From positions 320,001-384,000 of the forward strand of contig JBJOMY010000002.1 in the NCBI GenBank assembly GCA_046052125.1: DNA of 64,000 nt, given 5' to 3'. Source of the DNA: Cyanobacteriota bacterium. GTDB taxonomy: Bacteria; Cyanobacteriota; Cyanobacteriia; PCC-6307; Cyanobiaceae. Below are positions 55,551-64,000 of this stretch, piece after piece; position 1 is the stretch's first letter, and every line of letters begins with the position of its first letter. The position numbers and the translations under genes are program-made. The notes under the pieces are model-generated. The model did not search any database. It saw only the letters and a program-made list of their open reading frames with translations, and was not told where the DNA came from.

Positions 55551-56662
55551 GCGTGCAACTCGTAGAAGAGGCGTGAAGGTGCGTCATTGAGGCTGGCATC
55601 CCTGCTTTGCGGCAGATAAAGCGCCTGCCCTGCTTCTCTGGGGATCAGCTGGATATCAAAGATCTGCGCACCATTGCCCCATTCAAGGATGTTGACGATT
55701 TCACCGGAGTGTCTATCAATTGTGGCGATACCGCATTTACTTGATTGAGGGCTCACTCCCGGAGCATATTGATTTTTGCCTTCCTGCACCCTGGAGAGCC
55801 CAACAAAAATAAAGTCGTCGTGAATGATCAGGCCACGCGTGAAGCCATCGACCGTCGCAATGACGGTGTCATCACTACCATCTAGGTTGCAGCTGCGAAC
55901 TTCGCCAAAACCTGAGTTGCAATAGAAAAGTCTATTGTCTCTAATGCGTGCAGAGTGGGGACACGTCAGATCTCTGACGATGACCTGGTCATCACTGTGT
56001 CGGATGATCCCGCCTTTGTTGAGTGGGCCAACTTCATCCTTCCAGGGCTTAAAAGTGCTCTTAATAGTGCTGAAGCAGGTTGAGTAAAACGTATTGGTGT
56101 GATCACGGCAAAGAGAGTTGAGCTGCATGCAGTTGGTCAGCCCATTTGGAATAAAGCCAGGGAGATAGTCGCTCTTGAGCTCTCCAGTAAAATCAATCGG
56201 CAATGAAACGACCTTGTTGAGCCCGGTCGCGTTCATGAAAAGTCGCGAATCGATGGCTAAAAGCTCATGAGCGTATAGGCAGCCTGGCAGGACCTTGATC
56301 AAATCTGGAATCAGGTAGTGCTCGTGTCCTGAGTCCTGGATTTGCCTGAATCGATAGAGGAGATGGGGGGTCCGGGTTGAAAGAACGTAGATGGATCCAT
56401 CATGTCCCCGAGCAATGCCACTGGGGTGAGGCATCTCCAGGTATGAAATGGCGAGCTCACTGCTTGCTGCTGTGATAATCCCGAAGGCGTGCTCGTATTC
56501 TCGAGTAAACGCCAGATGGTAATTAATCTGTGAGCAGATATCGTGTAACGACTTTCTCCCTGACTCCTGATAGGCGCAGAAATCAGAGTCAAATTTCAAA
56601 GATGTGCTCGAGCCGGCCAGCGTGCTCAGGTTGCGCTGTTCTGCAATGTGATTGCTTGTCAT
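55547..56662 (-). CDS. TIGR03032/DUF4915-like beta-propeller protein
   Basis: TREYEH, PHPSG, LPGCLYAHEL, QLNS, LTCPHSAR, NSGFGE, GFTRGL, QIFDI. Confidence 0.75.
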   Translation of the reverse strand: MTSNHIAEQRNLSTLAGSSTSLKFDSDFCAYQESGRKSLHDICSQINYHLAFTREYEHAFGIITAASSELAISYLEMPHPSGIARGHDGSIYVLSTRTPHLLYRFRQIQDSGHEHYLIPDLIKVLPGCLYAHELLAIDSRLFMNATGLNKVVSLPIDFTGELKSDYLPGFIPNGLTNCMQLNSLCRDHTNTFYSTCFSTIKSTFKPWKDEVGPLNKGGIIRHSDDQVIVRDLTCPHSARIRDNRLFYCNSGFGEVRSCNLDGSDDTVIATVDGFTRGLIIHDDFIFVGLSRVQEGKNQYAPGVSPQSSKCGIATIDRHSGEIVNILEWGNGAQIFDIQLIPREAGQALYLPQSRDASLNDAPSRLFYELHA

Positions 56663-57624
56663 GGCTCAAGAAGCTTGTAGAGAGAGACGCACTGATCGAG
56701 AAGTTGGACGGCGTGATTGTCTGCCTTGGCTAGCGTTCGTTTGGCTTCAGCAATATAGTTTTTGTGCGACTGTGCACTCCAGCTCATAATACCACCGAAT
56801 GGAAAGCCGATGTCGCCCATGGCTTCCCCTAGAAGCGTGGGTGTTCGAGTGGTGGCGTTCATGGTGCTGATGCCAAGAAAATCGTGAGCTCGCGCTATAT
56901 TCTCTGCCTGCTGATTGGCGTCGGCTGAAGAGCGGAGAATCAGCACATGCTCAGGATGCTGTTGTTTGAGCTGAAGTGATGCCTGGTTGATGCGGAGCCA
57001 GCGCTCCAAATATCTGTGCGGCGGAATCTTATTCCTGGCATGCATGTTGCCAAATCCCCATCTAGGGTCGATGACAATCACGATTGCCCGACTGAAAACG
57101 CTCCAGAATTGTGGCCTCTCCCAGTCGAGTGCGGCGCAGGGGGAGTGAATGAGGTTGATGGAGGCATGGTGTCCGGCAAAGACGGCTTTCATCGATTCGA
57201 TGTAAGCTAGGACGGCATCAGTCTGCAGAAGCTGTCTGTGGTCTGGTGTCTGGACTGCGAGGCTATCGACGAAGGATCTGGCCCGGTCTTTGTACTGCGA
57301 GAGTGCCTCAAACTTTCGTGCTGCCAGCCAGTCGTTTAGTTCGGATTCGGATGGATCCAGCGCTCTTTGGTTCAGTGGCTCCTGCTCTAGGACCGCCTGA
57401 AATTGCTCTGGATCTCGAAATACGTTCCAGCGGTATTTGCCGGAGACTAGGCTGGGTTCGTTCTGGATCCCGACCGCGGCTTCTGCGCCTAGTAGCAACT
57501 CAAACGGAAACGCAAAGACCTGATCGGCACCGTCCATCAAGCGCATGAATCGTCCGGCGCCAGAGTCATTCCAGGCGGTGACAAGAACGTTCTTGTACTC
57601 AGGTCTTGTCATGGCATTGCTCAT
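56659..57624 (-). CDS. Sulfotransferase-fold hypothetical protein
   Basis: N-terminal loop LVTAWNDSGAGRFMRLMDG..VFAFPFE resembles a PAPS-binding region but is degenerate. Confidence 0.5.
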   Translation of the reverse strand: MSNAMTRPEYKNVLVTAWNDSGAGRFMRLMDGADQVFAFPFELLLGAEAAVGIQNEPSLVSGKYRWNVFRDPEQFQAVLEQEPLNQRALDPSESELNDWLAARKFEALSQYKDRARSFVDSLAVQTPDHRQLLQTDAVLAYIESMKAVFAGHHASINLIHSPCAALDWERPQFWSVFSRAIVIVIDPRWGFGNMHARNKIPPHRYLERWLRINQASLQLKQQHPEHVLILRSSADANQQAENIARAHDFLGISTMNATTRTPTLLGEAMGDIGFPFGGIMSWSAQSHKNYIAEAKRTLAKADNHAVQLLDQCVSLYKLLEP

Positions 57625-58690
57625 AGGCCGTGAGATCCGCTAAGCACTTGTCCAAGGCTGAAGCACCTGAAAGGGTTTCGCGATACCAGTTGACCGTGTG
57701 TGCCAGTGTGGTCGCGAAATCCCAGCGCGGTTGCCAGCCGAGTCTGTGCTGCGCTTTATCGATCTGCAGATGGAGAAGATTGGCTTCATGGGGTGCTGAT
57801 GGATCACTTTGATCCAGCCACTTCCCTGGCCAGTGTCGCAGGATCGTGTCAACCAGTTCAACGACTGGGCGATTGCTGGCCAAGCTGGGTCCGAAGTTGA
57901 AGGCCTCGCAGGGCGGGCTGTCATCTTCCGCAAGCGCTTCGGCGAGGCGCAGATAACCGGCCAGCGGTTCGATCACATGCTGCCAGGGCCGCGTGGCCCT
58001 GGGATTGCGCACGGGGATCGCTTCCCCCCTGGCCAGGGAGCGGATCGCGTCCGGCACGATCCTGTCGGCTGCCCAGTCGCCACCACCGATCACATTGCCG
58101 GCCCGTGCAGTGGCGATTCGTAGATGGGGCGTCTGATGGGATGCCGAACCACAGAAGCTGGCTCGCCAGCTGGCAATGGCCAGTTCGGCGCCTGCTTTGC
58201 TGGCGCTGTAGGGGTCATGGCCACCCAGGCGATCGGGTTCGCGATAGCCATAGGGCCACTCGCGATTCTCGTAGACCTTGTCGGTTGTAACCATCACCAC
58301 GGCACAGGTGTGCTGGAGTGGTCTCAGGGCTTCGAGTAGATGCAGGCTGCCCATCACGTTGGTCGCCCAGGTGCCGAGTGGATCGGCATAGCTGAGCCGT
58401 ACCAGTGGTTGTGCCGCCAGATGCAACACCACATCCGGTTGAGCCTCCTGGACCAGCTGCTTGAGGGTTGCCAGGTCGGCCAGATTTCCGATGGTGTGAT
58501 GCCAGCCCTCGCCGGCTGGCCTGGCCTGAGCCAGCTCGCGGAAGAGGTTCGGTTGGGGGTCAGGCTCCAGTGCGTAGCCCCATACCTCAGCCCCAAGCTG
58601 CTGGAGCCAGAGCAGCAGCCAGCTGCCCTTGAAGCCCGTGTGCCCTGTGAGCAGAACGCGCTTACCAGCCCAGAATGCAGCGTTCGTCAT
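57599..58690 (-). CDS. rfbG: CDP-glucose 4,6-dehydratase
   Basis: GHTGFKGSWL, HLAAQPLV, TTDKVY, GGHDPYSASK, RAGNVIGGGDW, RPWQHV. Confidence 0.97.
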   Translation of the reverse strand: MTNAAFWAGKRVLLTGHTGFKGSWLLLWLQQLGAEVWGYALEPDPQPNLFRELAQARPAGEGWHHTIGNLADLATLKQLVQEAQPDVVLHLAAQPLVRLSYADPLGTWATNVMGSLHLLEALRPLQHTCAVVMVTTDKVYENREWPYGYREPDRLGGHDPYSASKAGAELAIASWRASFCGSASHQTPHLRIATARAGNVIGGGDWAADRIVPDAIRSLARGEAIPVRNPRATRPWQHVIEPLAGYLRLAEALAEDDSPPCEAFNFGPSLASNRPVVELVDTILRHWPGKWLDQSDPSAPHEANLLHLQIDKAQHRLGWQPRWDFATTLAHTVNWYRETLSGASALDKCLADLTAYEQCHDKT

Positions 58691-59460
58691 CACCACACCT
58701 TCCAGGGTGCTTTTGCGTTCGCCCAGAGATCTTCTAGGTAGACCCGATCCCGAAGTGTATCCATCGGTTGCCAGAAACCTTTGTGGTGATAAGCGGTGAG
58801 CTGGCCATCGGCCGCCAGTCCGCGCAGTGGTTCCTGCTCCCAGACGGTGCTATCCCCCTCGATCCGATCAATCACCTCCGGTTCAAGTACAAAGAAACCA
58901 CCATTGATCCAGCCCCCATCGCCTAGGGGCTTTTCCTGGAAGCCTGATACGGCCGAGTTCTTGCCAAATTGAAGAGCGCCATAGCGTCCCGGTGGTTGAA
59001 CGGCTGTCACGGTTCCAAGCCGGCCATGATCCTTGTGATGGGCGACGAGGGCACTGATGTCGACATCGGCCACACCATCGCCATAGGTGAAGCAGAATGT
59101 TTCATCGCGCACGTAATCGCGCACGCGTTTGAGCCGCCCACCGGTCATGCTGGTTTCACCCGTATCCACAAGCGTGATCTCCCAAGGCTCAGCCTTTTTG
59201 CGGTGGACTTCCAGCGAGTTCATGCGCATGTGGAACGTTACGTCGCTCATGTGTAGGAAGTAATTTGCAAAGTATTCCTTGATCACGTATCCCTTGTAGC
59301 CACAGCAGATCACGAACTCGTTGATGCCGTGGGCGCTGTAAATCTTTAGGATGTGCCAGAGGATGGGGCGTCCGCCAATCTCCACCATCGGCTTGGGGCG
59401 GAGGCTGGTTTCTTCGCTAATGCGGGTACCTAGGCCACCGGCCAAGATGACGGCTTTCAT
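58690..59460 (-). CDS. rfbF: Glucose-1-phosphate cytidylyltransferase
   Basis: ILAGGLGTRISEET..PKPM, TGGRLKR, TYGDG, WINGGFF, FWQPMDTLRD. Confidence 0.98.
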   Translation of the reverse strand: MKAVILAGGLGTRISEETSLRPKPMVEIGGRPILWHILKIYSAHGINEFVICCGYKGYVIKEYFANYFLHMSDVTFHMRMNSLEVHRKKAEPWEITLVDTGETSMTGGRLKRVRDYVRDETFCFTYGDGVADVDISALVAHHKDHGRLGTVTAVQPPGRYGALQFGKNSAVSGFQEKPLGDGGWINGGFFVLEPEVIDRIEGDSTVWEQEPLRGLAADGQLTAYHHKGFWQPMDTLRDRVYLEDLWANAKAPWKVW

Positions 59461-60076
59461 TGCTATCTTTTTGATCAATCTTATCATGCCAATCGGCTGC
59501 CTTGTTCCTGCCATCTAGTTTTAGCTGGCTGATCTCGCGTTAGTTGTCGGAGGGATGTATTTACATGTTTCGCCGCCGTTGATATCGGCAGCCTTTTCCA
59601 GGCAGAGGACTTGACCATTATCTCTTAATAGTTAAAGTTCTCTGCTTTGGTCGTTCACCAGTGGAATGCGGCCTGACTACTCACCAGCACTCACGCGAAC
59701 TGGACTAGCAAAGGGGTTCATTTCGCTCGTCCTATTGGCGATATCATTAAACACACATTGCCCAATTGAGTCGTGTGGTGCCCTTACCTTTTGCTAATGA
59801 GTTCACGTGACCTACCTGGTTAGAGGGTTCCCATCCATCTACATAGTCTGGAAGTTCATCCAATCTATATTCACAGGTTCTAGTCTGCCTGCGGACCCTT
59901 TGTGCTTTTGCTGCTTGTATGTAGATCCCAATGTTGCCATGCAATGACTTAATCTGTCCACTCTGCTAATGTTTCTGCCCATAAACCACATATGCCGAGT
60001 GTTAACTCGAATATAAAAATCTACATGGAGCCAATCACAGAAGAACCGATTTAATCTGGCCGGATATCCTATGATT

Positions 60077-62248
60077 CTATCGGTTTGTATAATGTGTGGG
60101 AGATGCTGACGCAAGTACGCGAATGTAAGCGCTAACGGGGTTGTGATCTAAGCCTCGGACTGAAAGAAGTATATCTTTGCTTTTACACGAGTAAACAACC
60201 TTCCTGTAATCGGAAAAGTCGATATTGTATCTAATGACTTTAGCGCTATCGTAGCTTTCTTCGAGTTGACGGCTTCCTAAGTTTACAATCCCTAATCCAG
60301 AGTTCTTAGTACATCCTACCCCAACTGATACACTAGAGGACGGACCACCAAATGCTACCAAATCGAAAAGTATTGGGATACTAGGTTGAGATTGGCGAGG
60401 TATGGAGGCAGAAGTCATAGCACGTGTTATCGATCTCGTAACATCTCTCGGTTTCAAATCAACCGAGTACGGTCGGAAGCTGACTCGTTCCGATGAGTAT
60501 GGTTGTCGTCGCTTGTAGTCAGACTTTAGTTTCCATATATCCATCGGAGGTATAGATAGTCTGTCGTAAGGCTGGTCAAATTGCGAGGGATCTACTCCCT
60601 TTTGTTTTATACTATACATATCGCCTAACAGAAAGGAATTCTGCTGAAGAAACTCTCCAAAGTTTTCTTTTAAATAACCATGGGGTCCAGCTTGTGAGTG
60701 GGTAACAACAAGCTTTGGAGGATTGCTAAACATCTTTTCAAGTAGACATGCTGGGGAGCCATTAAAAAGCTGGAGTGCCGTACAGATGTTAAGTGAGTAA
60801 TCAATAGGCTTTGCATTAAGCACTGCGTAATAACTTGGGTAGCTCCATCCATATGCAAAAATATGTTTGCCAGAGAGCATCACGTGGCTGCTTTTCTTGT
60901 TTTCACTAAGAGTTCTTTTTAGGACCAAAGTGCTTTGGCCCAAGTGTAGGAATAAGTAGTTTGATGCAACGCTAAAGATTGCAAAAAAGTAGGCAAAGCG
61001 CAGGAAGACGCTCATGACTTAATTATGTAGCGACAAATCTCTGGAGCTGCCTGTTTCTGATATGTGTGTGCAAGGGGTATACGCAAGCGCTATCAAAGCC
61101 AGCTGAAACAAATAGAATACAGAATATACCGTGTAGTGCTGGAACCCCCTTAGTGGAAGGTATATTGTTATAAAATAGCAGCCTGTGCAAGTTGTCATAA
61201 GAAGAATCCTTGCATATCTTTGTGTGATGTGACCATATCTACGTATGACATTCGTGTTTGTAAATTCTGAGATCAGCTTGTCCTTCATTTGGTTCGTCAC
61301 AAACCAAGCGCACAGTATATAATACAATAGAATAGTGCCAGCTGAATCTAATGCAAATATGATCGAGGAATGCGCGCCTCCGTCTATATATGAGATGCTC
61401 TTAAGAGCTGTTTCCAGCGAGCTTGAAGAAAACGAATCTATTCTAAGATAGTCTCTTACAATCGATTCTGCTATAATGTAGAACGATGAGTCTGCTGATC
61501 CCCTATATGCGCCAAGGTCAATTAAAGCAAATAGCACAAATATGCAAATAGCATGGACACTTGCCCTCTTAACTGGCGTTGACCCCATCGGAGTCCTCGG
61601 TTCCTGACCTGGTAGAAAGGATAGTATTAGAACCGTGGATAAAATTAGTGGGGCTATCTGATACTTAGTGTGCAAAGCTGCTGCAAAGCCAAGCGATGAC
61701 AGGACTAGGCTAGTCAGAGGCGGAAGTGTATTTCTCATAAATATAGAAATTGAGAGTAATGCAAATGCAATAGAGCAATATTCTCCGTTTGGCGAGTAAA
61801 AATCTAATCCTTTCGAGATAAGTGCCGGCCCTAGGGTCAGAATCGTGAGTAGAACTGGAAAGAGATCTGATCTAAAGAATAAGCCGTACGCGTAGTAGCT
61901 AGCCAGCGTTATCAAGAATATCGTGACTCCTAGTAGAAGTGTAATGGTCAAGTGGTCGGCAAATTGACCTCTTAGGCCCACTGCTAGGCTAATCTTTTGT
62001 AATATCGATAGAGCGAGCGGCTGAATAAACCCAAGTGTATACTGGCTTTGAACTCGAGAGAGGTCAAAGCAAAAACCATCGCATATATATCTTCTGGCGA
62101 TGTCGAGACTGGCATATTGATCTATATTAAAAAGCTTCCCTAATGACCTAAGCATGAAAATTCCAGAAAAAACCAACGCAACGGCTAGCCCTTTCTGATT
62201 GCTATGTGTCCGTGCATGATAGAGACTTCGTCCTTGTCCGGCATTCAC
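60077..62248 (-). pseudogene. GT-C-like membrane protein interrupted by one in-frame TAA (61019-61021), or a split gene pair
   Basis: ORFs 61019..62248 and 60077..61015 share a frame (TAA GTC ATG). The TM-rich N-part (NGEY, TKYQ, GFQHY) is followed by a last TM and a soluble domain (FAYGWSYPSYY). Confidence 0.6.
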
Positions 62249-62391
62249 GGCTTCGGTGGGAGTATGTTATTGCTTCTAGTCTACTGCATATCTCCTTCTC
62301 TCTCCTGTCCGACGACAATCTGGCTGAGGGGCACTCAGCCAGATTGTCGTCGGGCTGCAGTCCTTTTTGGTCTGAAGGCTCCAAGTCATGA
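62206..62391 (+). pseudogene. Possible decayed Phd/YefM-type antitoxin
   Basis: VSVHD...EYVIA weakly recalls VNVHE...EEVVIA; its TGA overlaps the vapC ATG (ATGA). Confidence 0.35.
62309..62353. repeat. Perfect 20-bp inverted repeat with 5-nt spacer
   Basis: CCGACGACAATCTGGCTGAG-GGGCA-CTCAGCCAGATTGTCGTCGG. Confidence 0.97.
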
Positions 62392-62789
62392 GCACCAGAG
62401 GCGACGGCAACCTGCTTCATGGCCATGTGCCTCTCCCCTGATGATTTAATCTCGACCGTTTCTCCGATGCGGCGCGATTGCAGTTGCACGACCCCACCGT
62501 CACGATTCGAGTGAGTGCGGCCACCATATGGGAGTTCTGCCTCGATCTTCACGAAGGAAAGCCCGGAGCAGGACAAAGTGATTAAGGAATTGCCTTCCAT
62601 TCTGCTGACTGTTTGATTGCAGTCGTCGCGAATCTCCATCGCCGACGGGGCTTGAGAGCCAGTGTCTTCAGCCAGCTCCACTGAGATCCGTCTGATCGCA
62701 TGCTTGCCTCCTTAGCTGAGTTGGAAGCCCTTGTGTTGATGACCGCTGATGTGCACCTTGACAACTTTACCTTTCCAATCCTTTGATGA
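62388..62789 (+). pseudogene. vapC: Decayed PIN-domain (VapC) toxin
   Basis: Manual translation across stops and frameshifts: LLHGHVPLP**FNLDRFSDAARLQLHDPTVTIRVSAATIWEF...GK...H*DPSDRMLASLAELEALVLMTAD, matching LLDTH..LWW...VSAASIWE...HRDPFDRML...L.T.D. Confidence 0.85.
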
Positions 62790-62809
62790 GTGGAGCGTAA
62801 ACGTCTGGC

Positions 62810-62835
62810 AAAAAGCCCCGCTTAATGGCGGGGCT
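62810..62835 (-). terminator. Rho-independent terminator of tkt
   Basis: Minus strand AGCCCCGC-CATTAA-GCGGGGCT followed by TTTT, 35 nt after the tkt stop. Confidence 0.85.
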
Positions 62836-62869
62836 AAAGGGTGTTGGTGGATCAACGAGCGGGGCTGAA

Positions 62870-64000
62870 TTAGCCCAGAGCCTTGGCCTTGGCCACCACG
62901 TTGTCCACCGTGAAGCCGAACTTCTCCATCAGCAGCGGGCCGGGGGCGGAGGCACCGAAGCGGTCGATCGACACGGTGTCGCCTTCGAAGCCGGTGTACT
63001 TGTGCCAGCCGAAGCTGCTGGAGGCTTCCACCACCAGGCGCTTGCGGCAGGCGGCGGGCAGCACGCTCTCGCGGTAGGCGGCGTCCTGCTCTTCGAACAG
63101 CTCCACGCAGGGCATCGACACCACGCGCACGTTCTTGCCTTCGGCGCGCAGCTGGGCGGCGGCCTTCACGCAGAGGTCGAGCTCGGTGCCGGTGCCGATC
63201 AGGATCAGGTCGGGGGCACCGTTGCTGTCTTCCAGGATGTAGCCGCCCTTGGCCACGTGGTCGGCGCTGGAGTTGGCCTGGTTGGCCATCGCCTGGCGGC
63301 TGAGGAACATCACGGTGGGGCGGTTGCGGTTGGCCACGGCCACCTTGTAGGCACCGGAGGTTTCGTTGCCGTCGCCGGGGCGGATCACCAGCATGTTGGG
63401 GATCGAGCGCAGGCTGGCCAGGGTTTCGATCGGCTGGTGGGTGGGGCCGTCTTCACCCAGACCAATGGAGTCGTGGGTTAACACGTAGATCACACCCAGC
63501 TCGCTCAGGGCCGAGAGGCGCATGGCGCCCACCATGTAGCCAGCGAACACACAGAAGGTGCCGCCGTAGGGCACCAGGCCACTGCCGTGATAAGCCAGGC
63601 CATTGAGGATCGCGCCCATGGCGTGCTCGCGCACACCGAAGTGCAGGTAGCGGTTGGCTTCAGCGCCCTTCTGGAAACCAGCCTCACCCTTGATGTCGGT
63701 GAGGTTGGAGTGGGTGAGGTCGGCAGAACCACCGATCAGCTCGGGCAGGTTGGGGCCGATGGCGTTGAGGCAGTTGTAGGAGTGCTGGCGGGTGGCCAGG
63801 CCTTTGTCGTCGGCGCCGTAGCTGGGGAGGTTGGCATCCCAGCCCTGGGGCAGCTCACCGCGCAGCCGACGCTCAAACTCAGCGGCTTCGGTGGGGTACT
63901 TGGCGCGATAGTCGGCCAGGGTGGCGTTCCAGGCGGCTTCAGCTGCAGCACCACGCTCGATGGCCTGGCGCCACTGGCTATACGACTCCTGGGGCACTTC
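62870..64000 (-). CDS. tkt: Transketolase (housekeeping); 5' part outside the window
   Basis: [42 protein letters not shown]. Confidence 0.98.
   Translation of the reverse strand, partial: EVPQESYSQWRQAIERGAAAEAAWNATLADYRAKYPTEAAEFERRLRGELPQGWDANLPSYGADDKGLATRQHSYNCLNAIGPNLPELIGGSADLTHSNLTDIKGEAGFQKGAEANRYLHFGVREHAMGAILNGLAYHGSGLVPYGGTFCVFAGYMVGAMRLSALSELGVIYVLTHDSIGLGEDGPTHQPIETLASLRSIPNMLVIRPGDGNETSGAYKVAVANRNRPTVMFLSRQAMANQANSSADHVAKGGYILEDSNGAPDLILIGTGTELDLCVKAAAQLRAEGKNVRVVSMPCVELFEEQDAAYRESVLPAACRKRLVVEASSSFGWHKYTGFEGDTVSIDRFGASAPGPLLMEKFGFTVDNVVAKAKALG

Larger units (their letters stand above)
51589..62800. mobile_element. Lower-GC genomic island (glycan modification) between thiC and tkt; no integrase seen
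   Basis: Abrupt switch to AT-richer sequence and non-host codon usage after thiC, returning at the tkt terminator; sugar genes plus decayed genes. Confidence 0.75.

Noticed and set aside
62202..62681. 159-aa minus-strand ORF near the island edge
   Set aside because: It is antisense to the vapC remnant and runs through the palindrome, with no recognisable protein features.

Overview
High-GC picocyanobacterial chromosome segment, most consistent with Cyanobium/Synechococcus subcluster 5.2 (inferred from gene order and protein sequences). There are three zones. (1) 1-12 kb is a cell-surface glycan locus: a polyprenyl-phosphate-pentose module (GT-C-like protein, UbiA-type phosphoribosyltransferase, DprE2-like SDR), rfbB, three GT2 enzymes, and wzm-wzt plus a coiled-coil methyltransferase. 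(2) 12-51.6 kb is core backbone: secA, cysE, tRNA-Gly, GntR/PlmA, infC, miaA, gyrB, two crcB, gpx, mgtE, a group 2 sigma factor, mutY, tsaE, ahcY, ssb, mreBCD, srrA, lysS, the egtBD ergothioneine cluster, cysK, a Ser/Thr kinase, smpB, ruvB and TPP riboswitch-thiC. (3) 51.6-62.8 kb is a lower-GC island between thiC and tkt. It encodes a CDP-sugar pathway with a split transketolase, GtrA/GtrB-like genes, a GT-C-like gene broken by one in-frame stop, and a decayed Phd/VapC-like toxin-antitoxin pair containing a perfect 20-bp inverted repeat. Signals the ORF track does not show include a four-copy intergenic palindrome family (GTAC-N5-GTAC core), the vapC pseudogene, apparent single-base frameshifts in ydcF and at the egtB start, and several strong hairpins. 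All calls come from reading the sequence and recalling motifs; no database search was run.
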